Below, piece by piece: positions 7,690 to 15,200 of a stretch of 22,850 nt of DNA; position 1 is the first letter of the stretch, and every line of letters starts with the position of its first letter. The position numbers and the translations under genes are program-made. Source of the stretch: Candidatus Uhrbacteria bacterium. GTDB lineage: Bacteria; Patescibacteriota; Patescibacteriia; JACPHY01. The stretch spans positions 1-22,850 of the forward strand of contig JBDRLD010000011.1 of NCBI GenBank assembly GCA_043813445.1, read 5' to 3'. The notes below the pieces were generated by a model, which saw only the letters and a program-made list of their open reading frames with translations, was not told the DNA's origin and did no database searches.

Positions 7690-7718
7690 TTGACATGATC
7701 GTTATCTCGTGCTATGTT
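7690..7718 (+). promoter_or_regulatory. sigma70-like promoter
   Basis: TTGACA at 7690-7695, a 17-nt spacer, then TATGTT at 7713-7718. Lies upstream of the 7796 CDS. Confidence 0.45.
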
Positions 7719-7795
7719 ACGCACAGTCCATTGCATGGCAGTGCGATGAGTGTACTGCGCAGATCGATGCCCGATACGGGCGAGGAGGAAGGCAC

Positions 7796-8548
7796 GTGGC
7801 AGATCAGCAGACCCCGGGAGAGAAGGAGAAGAGCGGCAAAACGAGGACGAAGCAAGGCATCTTCGTGGAGGCGCTCGTGGCAGCCGGTGTGGCCGGGCTC
7901 GTTGCCTGGATCATCAGCGGCGGGAAGAAGAAACCGGGCGAGCACGCGAAGGATCGCAAGGCGTTCTTCGATAGGTTCTTCGATGAGCTCGGCCTCTCCA
8001 TCCAAGTACCGGTGCCGAACGTGTCGGACGAGGAGTACGCGAAGCAGCGGAATCTCGGCAAGGAGCTGTTCTACCGGCCGGCGGACGCCGAGTTCGTGCT
8101 CGGGACGTTTCTGGAGTCTGCGAGCGCACTCAAGGAGTGTATGCAACTGGAAGCTTCGTGGGGCAGGATCCGGCCCGTGGAGTTTCTATTCTCCCGTGCA
8201 GGCGGTCCCATCCTCGAGCCCGTGTTGGATGGCTACTGGTACTGGGCCGAGGCGATGAACGAGTGCCCGCGCAGCGGGACGTCGTGGAACGACCTCACCA
8301 AGGCCGTCCGCCTGCTGTCCATCGATGAGTACGTTGTCGCGATTTTCGCGACCGCGTACGGAGAGCAGCGCGTTTTCGACATGGAGACGGCGACCATGCT
8401 CCGCACAAGGTGGGTAGACGAAAAGCGAAGCGGTATCATCGCGATGTTCGTGGACAACGAGGATGGTCTCATGTACGAGATCGTCGAAGACTACGAGCTC
8501 GACACGGGCTTCGACGAGGTCGGCGGACGCGCGGTCGAGCGCGTGTAG
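7796..8548 (+). CDS. membrane-anchored protein of unknown function
   Basis: GTG start with GAGGAGGAAGG at 7782-7792. N-terminal Lys-rich segment then one TM helix (GIFVEALVAAGVAGLVAWIISGG), followed by a soluble domain. Overlapping R/S-rich ORFs in other frames are judged spurious. Confidence 0.55.
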   Translation: MADQQTPGEKEKSGKTRTKQGIFVEALVAAGVAGLVAWIISGGKKKPGEHAKDRKAFFDRFFDELGLSIQVPVPNVSDEEYAKQRNLGKELFYRPADAEFVLGTFLESASALKECMQLEASWGRIRPVEFLFSRAGGPILEPVLDGYWYWAEAMNECPRSGTSWNDLTKAVRLLSIDEYVVAIFATAYGEQRVFDMETATMLRTRWVDEKRSGIIAMFVDNEDGLMYEIVEDYELDTGFDEVGGRAVERV

Positions 8549-8583
8549 TGTGATTAGTAGTTACCCATTCGAATAGAAGCGAG

Positions 8584-8609
8584 AGTCCCGACACGTCGGG
8601 ACTTTTTCA
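8584..8609 (+). terminator. rho-independent terminator
   Basis: AGTCCCGAC-ACG-GTCGGGACT followed by TTTTTC. Confidence 0.65.
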
Positions 8610-8656
8610 TTTATTGCATTACGTAATGGTAACCTCTTGACTCGTCGCATAACTTT

Positions 8657-8800
8657 GTAGGGGCGGTGGCGTTGTCCTCGCCCGTTCGGACGGGCGACCA
8701 CGACGGGATCGCCCCTACGCAGAGAGGATGACTCGGTATGACCATCAACAACAATACCCTCCCTAATTTTTGGGAGGGTATTGTTGTTCGGGGCGCCCCG
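8657..8800. other. structured non-coding region; candidate small RNA or 3'UTR element, identity unknown
   Basis: A long-range stem GTAGGGGCG (8657-8665) pairs with CGCCCCTAC (8710-8718) and encloses a CGCCCG-TTCGGA-CGGGCG hairpin. A second hairpin AATACCCTCCC-loop-GGGAGGGTATT lies at 8753-8782. A GGGGCGCCCC palindrome lies at 8790-8799. No credible ORF. Confidence 0.25.
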
Positions 8801-8998
8801 TTGCAGCGCGTGCGTCCACACACTGCGATACGCACCACTCATCCACATCAGCGAAGCCGACCGGCTTAGCCGGTCACTGAATGCGCATCGTGGTGCCCGG
8901 AGACCGAATTTAAATACGGTGGTTCTCTTTTTTGAGATTCTGCACCGTTTTTGCGCACGCCGTCCATCACCGGAGTTATCCGGAGAAAATTCAGGAAA

Positions 8999-11161
8999 CT
9001 AAATATCCAAGTTCTGCACGGCTTTTGCGTGGGTCTGGATAAATTTCTTCCGCGGTTCGACGTTCGCACCCATTAGTATATCAAACACGGAATCCACAAG
9101 CTGTGCATCATCCACAGTAATCTGCTTGAGCACGCGTCGCGCCGGATCCATAGTTGTTTCCCAGAGTTGCTCAGGATTCATTTCACCGAGACCCTTGTAT
9201 CGCTGGATGTTTACCTTGCCGCCGGTTGTTTGTTCGGCACCGTCGTCGATTTCCTCTTCTTCTCCGGCATCTGTCTCGACGACCGCCACCTTCGCACCTT
9301 TCTTGTCGCCGCGAGCTTTCAGGAGTTCCTCAGAAATTTTGTCGCGCTCCTCGGGTGAGAATGCCCAACGTGATTCCTTACCGACCGACACCTTGAATAA
9401 TGGCGGTTGTGCAACGTACACATGGCCGGTCTCGATCAGTTTCGGGAAGTAGCGCCAGAACAACGTAAGAAGGAGTGTACGAATGTGTGATCCGTCCACG
9501 TCCGCATCGGTTGCGATAATGACACGATTGTAGCGCAGCTTTTCGACATCGAATTGCTCACCAATGTTTGTGCCGAGCGCGATAATAAGCGATTTGATTT
9601 CGTTGTTCGCGAGCATCTTATCCAGGCGTGCTCGCTCGACGTTAAGAATTTTCCCACGCAACGGCAGAATCGCCTGGTGTTCTCGGTCGCGACCCGATTT
9701 CGCACTGCCGCCAGCAGAGTCACCCTCCACAATGAAGATTTCCGAATCCTCCGGGTTACGCGATGAACAGTCAGCGAGCTTCCCGGGGAGTGTCAGTCCC
9801 TCCAGCGCGCCTTTGCGGAGTACTGTATCGCGCGCCGCCTTTGCCGCACGACGTGCCTGCGCGGTAAGTGCACAGCGACCGAAGATGGCCTCGGCATCAC
9901 GTGGGTGTTCCTCAAGGAACGCAGCAAAAGCGTCCCCGAACACGGTGGCTACTGCGGTTTGCGCTTCCGGATTTCCAAGCTTGCCCTTCGTTTGCCCCTC
10001 GAACTGCGGATCCTTCACCTTCACGCTTACGATCGCAGTGAGTCCCTCTCGTACGTCCTCTCCTGAGAGGTTTTCATCCTTCTCCTTTAGGAACCCCTTT
10101 GCACGCGCGTACGCGTTGAGCGTGCGCGTAAGCGCGGTGCGGAACCCCTGGATGTGTGTTCCGCCGTCCGGGTTTGTGATGTTGTTTGCGAATCCGAGCA
10201 CGTTCTCCTTGAAATCCCTAGTGTATTGGACCGCAACTTCGACATTGATGTCGTCGCTCTCTCGCTCGACGTAGAACACGGTATCATGTGACGTCTCGCG
10301 TCTATAGTTCAGGTGTCGAACAAATGATGCGATTCCTCCCTCAAAATGAAATGTGAATGTTTGTGACGGCGCGATCGCTTGGGTCGCTTTCGGATCGTAC
10401 GCGGATTTCAATAGTGCGTCTCCGACCTCCGCGTTCGTGCGTAGATCTTCAACGACTATCTCGATGCCCTTTGTGAGGTATGCCTGTTGGCGGAGGTGTT
10501 CGACAATTGTAATAAGATCGAAGACAACCGTCTCGAAGATAGATGCATCCGGATGGAAGGTGATTGCGGTGCCTGTTGCTGATGACGGCGACTTGCCAAC
10601 CGGCTTCACCTTTGATTTTGGCTTCCCGACTGCGTACTCCTGCATCCATATCTTGCCATCGCGTAGTACGTCGGCTCGCAGGTATGTGGATAGTGCATTT
10701 ACGACCGACACACCAACACCGTGTAGACCTCCCGACACCTTGTATCCGCCACTGCCAAACTTACCCCCGGCATGGAGCTTTGTCATGACAAGCTCAAGCG
10801 CGGATGTCTTGTACTGCGGGTGTGGATCCACCGGAATGCCGCGGCCGTTATCGAGCACCTGTATGTGATCGTCCGGAAGCAATCGGACAGTCACACGCGT
10901 TGCATGGCCGCCCATCGCCTCGTCAATGCCATTATCAACAACTTCCCAGACGAGGTGGTGGAGTCCACGCGGGCCCGTGGAGCCAATGTACATTCCTGGA
11001 CGCTTGCGCACAGGATCGAGCCCTTCAAGGACAGTAATCTGCTGTGCGGTGTATCCGGATTTCTGCGCGGCCTTCTTCGTGCCTTTTGTGGTTTTCAGTT
11101 TTACGACCTCCTTACTTGTCGGTTTTTTCTTTGCTGGTATTGTCTTCTTCATGCTGGGCAT
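8999..11161 (-). CDS. gyrB: DNA gyrase subunit B (type IIA topoisomerase B subunit)
   Basis: LEGLDPVRKRPGMYIGST (ATPase lid), EGDSAGGSAK and PLRGKILN (Toprim), C-terminal NLDI. Has an N-terminal ~35 aa Lys-rich extension. Confidence 0.9.
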   Translation of the reverse strand: MPSMKKTIPAKKKPTSKEVVKLKTTKGTKKAAQKSGYTAQQITVLEGLDPVRKRPGMYIGSTGPRGLHHLVWEVVDNGIDEAMGGHATRVTVRLLPDDHIQVLDNGRGIPVDPHPQYKTSALELVMTKLHAGGKFGSGGYKVSGGLHGVGVSVVNALSTYLRADVLRDGKIWMQEYAVGKPKSKVKPVGKSPSSATGTAITFHPDASIFETVVFDLITIVEHLRQQAYLTKGIEIVVEDLRTNAEVGDALLKSAYDPKATQAIAPSQTFTFHFEGGIASFVRHLNYRRETSHDTVFYVERESDDINVEVAVQYTRDFKENVLGFANNITNPDGGTHIQGFRTALTRTLNAYARAKGFLKEKDENLSGEDVREGLTAIVSVKVKDPQFEGQTKGKLGNPEAQTAVATVFGDAFAAFLEEHPRDAEAIFGRCALTAQARRAAKAARDTVLRKGALEGLTLPGKLADCSSRNPEDSEIFIVEGDSAGGSAKSGRDREHQAILPLRGKILNVERARLDKMLANNEIKSLIIALGTNIGEQFDVEKLRYNRVIIATDADVDGSHIRTLLLTLFWRYFPKLIETGHVYVAQPPLFKVSVGKESRWAFSPEERDKISEELLKARGDKKGAKVAVVETDAGEEEEIDDGAEQTTGGKVNIQRYKGLGEMNPEQLWETTMDPARRVLKQITVDDAQLVDSVFDILMGANVEPRKKFIQTHAKAVQNLDI

Positions 11162-11176
11162 ATCGAACGCTATGAT

Positions 11177-11202
11177 CCTCTCCCCATGGAGTGGGGGAGA
11201 GG
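11177..11202 (-). promoter_or_regulatory. stable hairpin in the gyrB 5' leader
   Basis: CCTCTCCCC-8 nt loop-GGGGAGAGG, 13 nt upstream of the gyrB ATG. No SD between hairpin and start. Confidence 0.3.
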
Positions 11203-11310
11203 GGCTAAAGAAACGCTAATGACTAACTCTATACTACCATGATGTATCATGGTGGACAAGTAGGAACTGGGGAGAAAACAGCACTCATTGGAGGGCCTTT
11301 TTGCACACAC

Positions 11311-11339
11311 TTGACAGCGATTTTACACTGTGGCAGAAT
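11311..11339 (+). promoter_or_regulatory. candidate promoter for the NfeD-flotillin pair
   Basis: TTGACA at 11311-11316, a 17-nt spacer, then CAGAAT (weak -10). Confidence 0.3.
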
Positions 11340-11419
11340 ACGCGCGGACGCGAAGGCGTGTCTGATTTTGTCTCAGAAGCGTCCTTTGCAAATACAGATC
11401 AGAAGAGGAGGCCGGCATC

Positions 11420-12133
11420 ATGGAGTGGTTATTCGCAAGTCAGAATTTCATTTTCCTCGCCCCGCTCGTGCTCGGAATCCTTCTTGTTGCCCTCGCGGCG
11501 ATGGGGTTCATGGGGCACGATGCGGACGTCGACATTGACCACGACTTGGACGTCGACATCGATCATGATGTGGATGTCGAAACGGATCATGACGTGGACG
11601 TCGATCACGATGTCGATCATGACGTCGATCACGACATGGATCACGACGCTTTGCATCACAACTTCGCTATGCGCGCGCTCTCTGTCTTGGGCCTCGGACG
11701 CGTTCCGCTGACCATTGTGCTATTCACGATGGCACTCGTCTTCGGCGGTGTCGGACTCATGCTGAACTTTATCCTCGAGCCGATCATCGGCGATCCGGCG
11801 ACCTACGGGTCCATCTCGTTCTTCGTTGCGCTCGTTGGTATGGTGTTCGGCACCGGTGGCGTCGCACGGATCATCTCGCGCATCATACCGAAGGTGGAGT
11901 CGTACCACGTGACAAAGGGTCAGCTCATCGGTCAGATCGCCACTGCGATCTTCGATGTGACGCCGGAGCGTGGATTCGCACAGGTGCGCGACGAGCATGG
12001 CAATCTCCATGAGGTGAAGTGCCGATCTCGGGACGGTACCATCGCGAAGGGGACAGAGGTGGTTCTCGTAGGATATGACCGTGAGACAAGCACGTTCATC
12101 ATCGATCTACTCCCCACTGGCGTGGATGCCTAG
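11420..12133 (+). CDS. NfeD/YqiJ-like membrane protein with a C-terminal OB-fold and a His/Asp-rich repeat insert
   Basis: N-terminal TM helix, an (H/D)-(D/V) repeat tract, further TM helices, then a C-terminal VKGQLIGQIATAI...HEVKCRS...GTEVVLVGYD OB-fold-like NfeD segment. GAGGAGG SD. Lies immediately upstream of a flotillin gene (YqiJ-YqiK arrangement). Confidence 0.65.
   Translation: MEWLFASQNFIFLAPLVLGILLVALAAMGFMGHDADVDIDHDLDVDIDHDVDVETDHDVDVDHDVDHDVDHDMDHDALHHNFAMRALSVLGLGRVPLTIVLFTMALVFGGVGLMLNFILEPIIGDPATYGSISFFVALVGMVFGTGGVARIISRIIPKVESYHVTKGQLIGQIATAIFDVTPERGFAQVRDEHGNLHEVKCRSRDGTIAKGTEVVLVGYDRETSTFIIDLLPTGVDA
11512..11652 (+). repeat. in-frame tandem 6/12-nt repeat (GACGTCGATCAC-like) encoding an (HD/VD)n tract
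   Basis: Sequence gacgtcgacattgaccacgac ttggacgtcgacatcgatcatgat gtggatgtcgaaacggatcatgac gtggacgtcgatcacgat gtcgatcatgacgtcgatcacgac, about 10 degenerate units. Confidence 0.8.
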
Positions 12134-12208
12134 TGGTGATTGGACGTCAGTGGCACACGGTGTGTCGCTGACACTAGTTCGAACCGCAGACGGCGGAGGA
12201 AGAAGAAC

Positions 12209-14176
12209 ATGGGCAAGGTTTTAGTCGGTTGGGTTCTGCTCGCCTTGGTGCTCATCGTCGGGCCGATCATGTTGAAGGCCACGGGCATCGTGGACATCGG
12301 TGGCATCGCGCTCGCTGCATCGCTCGGGCTCGGAGTCGTGCTCCTGGTGATGGCCGGCATCGTGATGGTGATTTCGAAGCTGTACGTGCGCACGAAGGCG
12401 TCCGAGGCGTTCGTCAGGACCGGCATGGGTGGCATGAAGGTCATCATGGACGGCGGTGCAATCGTCATCCCGGTCATCCACGAGCTCGTCACCGTGTCGC
12501 TCGAGACGCTGCGGCTGCAGGTGAAGCGTCGCGGCGCGGACGCGCTGCTCACGAAGGACAAGCTGCGCGCAGACATCGAGGCAGAGTTCTTCGTCCGCGT
12601 ACAGGCGGATGACGATTCGATCAAGAGTGCGGCGCGGTCGCTCGGCAACAAGACGGCGAACGAAGCGAACGTGAAGGCACTCATCGAGGACAAGCTCATC
12701 TCCGCGCTGCGAACGGTCGCGGCGACGAAGTCGCTCGAAGAGCTCAACAGCAAGCGCGACGAGTTCGTCCAGGAGGTCAAGGGCATCGTCGTCGACGACC
12801 TCAAGCACAACGGCTTCACGCTCGAGTCCGCCACGATCTCCACGCTGGATCAGGCAGACGCCGGCGCGCTCCGCGACGACAACGTGTTCGACGCCGAGGG
12901 CAAGCTGACGATCGCGCGGATCACGCAGGAGAAGATGACGCTGCGCAACCAGATCGAAGTACAGAACGTCCGCGAGCGCACGCAGCAGGATGTCGAAGCG
13001 CGGAAGCAGGTGCTCGCGCTCGAGCAGGATCGCGCACGCGCCGAGGCAGAGCAGCAAGCGAAGATCGAGCAGATCCAGGCCGAGCAGCAGCAGGTCGCGC
13101 GTCAGGCGCAGATTCACGCCGAGCAGGCGGTGCAGACGACCGAGCTCGAGCGCAACAAGGCCATCGAGGTGGCCACGCAGCAGACAGAGCAGGCAAAGCT
13201 CGTCGCCGAGCAGGCCAAGCAGCAGGCCATCATGGTGGCCGAGCAGGCCAAGCAGCAGGCCGCGCAGGTCGCGGCGAAGCAGCGCGAGATCGCCGTGGTT
13301 GAGCAGGAGCAGATGCGCGTCGAGGCTGAGAAGAAGCAGCTCGAGGCCGAGAAGCTCCGCGAGCTCGAGGCGCAGGGCGTGCAGACCGTCACCGTGGTCG
13401 AGACCGCGAAGCGCGCGAAGGAACAGACGATCATCGCGGCGCAGGCCGACGCAGAGCAGAAGTACGTGACCGCGGAGCGCGACGCCGACGCGAAGGCGTA
13501 CGCCGTGAAGACCGATGCCACCGCGCGTCAGGCCGCGGCCGACGCAGACGCGATGGCGAAGCGCAAGAAGGCCGAGGCCGACCGCGATGCACAGATCGCC
13601 GAGGCTGCGGGTGAGAAGGCGAAGTCCATGGTGCCGGTGCAGGTGAACGCCGAGCAGGTGACCGTGGATCGCAGCCGCGCCATGATCGACGTGGACGTGA
13701 GCGCACGCAACGTCGAGATCGATCGTGACCGCGTCGAGACGGTGCTGAAGCCCGAGCTGGAGGCGCGCGAGCAAAGCGGCCGTGTCGCCCAGGAGTTCGA
13801 GCTCGCGAAGCTGAGGGTCGACGCCGAGGCGCGCGTCGGCATCGAGATGGCGCACGCCGTGGCGAGCTTCGGTCAGAAGTTCGAGACCACGCTCTACGGC
13901 ACACCGGACCAGATGGCGCAGGTCGCCAGCGGGCTCGTGTCCGGCATGTCCGGCGCCGCCTTCGCTGAGGGACTATTCGGCAAGAACGGCAACGGCCACG
14001 CGAAGGTGGGGATCGAGCAGGTGGTCGGTGCGCTCGGCGCGATCGGCCAGAAGCTTGGCATCGACCCGTTGAAGCTCCTCGCAGCCGAGCCCAAGGGCGA
14101 GAACGGAGAGACGGACGCAACCGCGAAGGCCAAGAAGAAGGTCATCGAGGCGCCGAAGCCGCCCGCGCAGGCGTAA
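12209..14176 (+). CDS. flotillin-like SPFH/band-7 protein (YqiK-like)
   Basis: N-terminal TM, an SPFH domain (VRTGMGGMKVIMDGGAIVIPVIHELV...), then a long Ala/Glu/Gln-rich coiled coil with AEQAKQQA repeats. ATG at 12209 with GGAGGA 8 nt upstream. GC ~65%. The large antisense ORFs are high-GC artefacts. Confidence 0.8.
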   Translation: MGKVLVGWVLLALVLIVGPIMLKATGIVDIGGIALAASLGLGVVLLVMAGIVMVISKLYVRTKASEAFVRTGMGGMKVIMDGGAIVIPVIHELVTVSLETLRLQVKRRGADALLTKDKLRADIEAEFFVRVQADDDSIKSAARSLGNKTANEANVKALIEDKLISALRTVAATKSLEELNSKRDEFVQEVKGIVVDDLKHNGFTLESATISTLDQADAGALRDDNVFDAEGKLTIARITQEKMTLRNQIEVQNVRERTQQDVEARKQVLALEQDRARAEAEQQAKIEQIQAEQQQVARQAQIHAEQAVQTTELERNKAIEVATQQTEQAKLVAEQAKQQAIMVAEQAKQQAAQVAAKQREIAVVEQEQMRVEAEKKQLEAEKLRELEAQGVQTVTVVETAKRAKEQTIIAAQADAEQKYVTAERDADAKAYAVKTDATARQAAADADAMAKRKKAEADRDAQIAEAAGEKAKSMVPVQVNAEQVTVDRSRAMIDVDVSARNVEIDRDRVETVLKPELEAREQSGRVAQEFELAKLRVDAEARVGIEMAHAVASFGQKFETTLYGTPDQMAQVASGLVSGMSGAAFAEGLFGKNGNGHAKVGIEQVVGALGAIGQKLGIDPLKLLAAEPKGENGETDATAKAKKKVIEAPKPPAQA

Positions 14177-14204
14177 CGCTGCCGAGTAACGTGTGAGAGT
14201 ATAA

Positions 14205-14248
14205 GGCCCCCTATTGGATAGGTTTTACCATCCAGTAGGGGGTTTTTC
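14205..14248 (+). terminator. rho-independent terminator after the flotillin gene
   Basis: GGCCCCCTATTGGAT-loop-ATCCAGTAGGGGG followed by TTTTTCCTTTG. Confidence 0.7.
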
Positions 14249-14250
14249 CT

Positions 14251-14279
14251 TTGACAAAATCTTCCGAACGTTCTACAAT
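14251..14279 (+). promoter_or_regulatory. canonical sigma70 promoter
   Basis: TTGACA at 14251-14256, exactly 17 nt, then TACAAT at 14274-14279. AGGAGGAGG SD follows at 14311-14319. Confidence 0.6.
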
Positions 14280-14325
14280 GTCATTGGTACATTTGGAAAC
14301 GTCACTGCATTAGGAGGAGGAATTA

Positions 14326-15099
14326 GTGACAAATCCACCAAAGAAGCAGGCGCGTCGTGATACGAATCCGATGCGTGAATTGTGGCCAACCAAAACGCGC
14401 GACAGGCCTCCTGAGCGCCGGGCACCCGCGATCGCAGCGAAACAGCAGGTACGCGAGGCAGGCGAGAAGCCTGTCAGAAGCATCCCACTGCGCCGGGCGG
14501 TTCAGGATCTCGAACGTGTTGGAATTCTCCACAAAGGTGAGACTGATTACGATCCAGCCAGCTGCGTTGGTGATGCTCATGGAGATCGGACCCCAATCAG
14601 GCCATCGAAGACCGGAGATACAATACTTGATGGCATGCGTGTCGTTGCGACGTGTCGGCGACCATACTCGGTTACGCCGTCGAAGACCATCGTGGTCACG
14701 TGCAGTGAAGGGCAGTATTCGGTCGAGGAGGACGAGGTGCTCGTCGAGCTCGGTATACACGAATCGCCAGATCGACTAGTGATTCCCGGTGGGCCTGGAA
14801 TGCTCCACGTCTGGAGCTCGTCCAGCTACCAAGGGCGACAGGCTGCGCTCGCGCACCTGAAGTCCCTCATCGCCCACCATCACACCGAGCGCGTCTTGCT
14901 TGTGATGCACTGCGACTGTTGGCACTACAACGCACGGTTCTCTGGACACAATGAGCGACAGCTCATGGAGCAGCAGCTCAAGGACCTTCGTGAGGTAGCG
15001 CAACAGCTCCACATAGAGCATTCCGCGGTGCGATTCGACTGCTACATCGCGCATCCGATTGATGGCCACGTCGCCATGGTCGAGGTGGTTGCGAAGTAG
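14326..15099 (+). CDS. hypothetical protein with a rhodanese-like CxxGxxS loop and a Cys/His cluster
   Basis: GTG start after a strong SD. IVVTCSEGQYS...LVIPGGPGMLHVW resembles a rhodanese/Cdc25 active-site loop with its C-terminal GG..W. A second half carries HHHTERVLLVMHCDCWHY. No confident family assignment. Confidence 0.55.
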   Translation: MTNPPKKQARRDTNPMRELWPTKTRDRPPERRAPAIAAKQQVREAGEKPVRSIPLRRAVQDLERVGILHKGETDYDPASCVGDAHGDRTPIRPSKTGDTILDGMRVVATCRRPYSVTPSKTIVVTCSEGQYSVEEDEVLVELGIHESPDRLVIPGGPGMLHVWSSSSYQGRQAALAHLKSLIAHHHTERVLLVMHCDCWHYNARFSGHNERQLMEQQLKDLREVAQQLHIEHSAVRFDCYIAHPIDGHVAMVEVVAK

Positions 15100-15122
15100 C
15101 GCGTTCGCGCTGAATCAGTACC

Positions 15123-15152
15123 AGACCCCCGGATCCAAGGATCCGGGGGTCT
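15123..15152 (+). terminator. long perfect palindrome / terminator-like hairpin
   Basis: AGACCCCCGGATCC-AA-GGATCCGGGGGTCT with 14-nt arms. Only a weak, delayed T tract follows. Preceded by the GCGCGTTCGCGC palindrome at 15100-15111. Confidence 0.4.
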
Positions 15153-15200
15153 CACGTTCCCCAGTTTTCCATTTCGCGGTACACTGAGAATACGCGCGGT

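Noticed and set aside
7455-8258. 267-aa plus-strand R/S-rich ORF and 144-aa minus ORF (7712-8146) overlapping the 7796-8548 gene
   Set aside because: Extreme Arg/Ser composition and no start signals. The 7796 frame has a strong SD, a TM helix and balanced composition.
8657-8718. Possible tRNA (acceptor-like stem plus T-arm-like CGCCCG-TTCGGA-CGGGCG)
   Set aside because: Only about 62 nt. The T-loop has 6 rather than 7 nt and there is no D-arm or anticodon arm in register. The 3' side lacks the expected arrangement, so it is reported only as a structured element.
9564-10274. 236-aa plus-strand ORF and other ORFs inside gyrB
   Set aside because: Antisense to a clearly conserved GyrB coding sequence. 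Ser/Ala/Pro-rich.
12221-13855. 544-aa minus-strand ORF, plus several others (12229-12612, 12990-13469, 13431-14120), overlapping the flotillin gene
   Set aside because: They are Arg/Leu/Ser/Pro-rich low-complexity translations of high-GC sequence antisense to, or out of frame with, a well-supported SPFH/flotillin gene. They are typical GC-driven artefacts.
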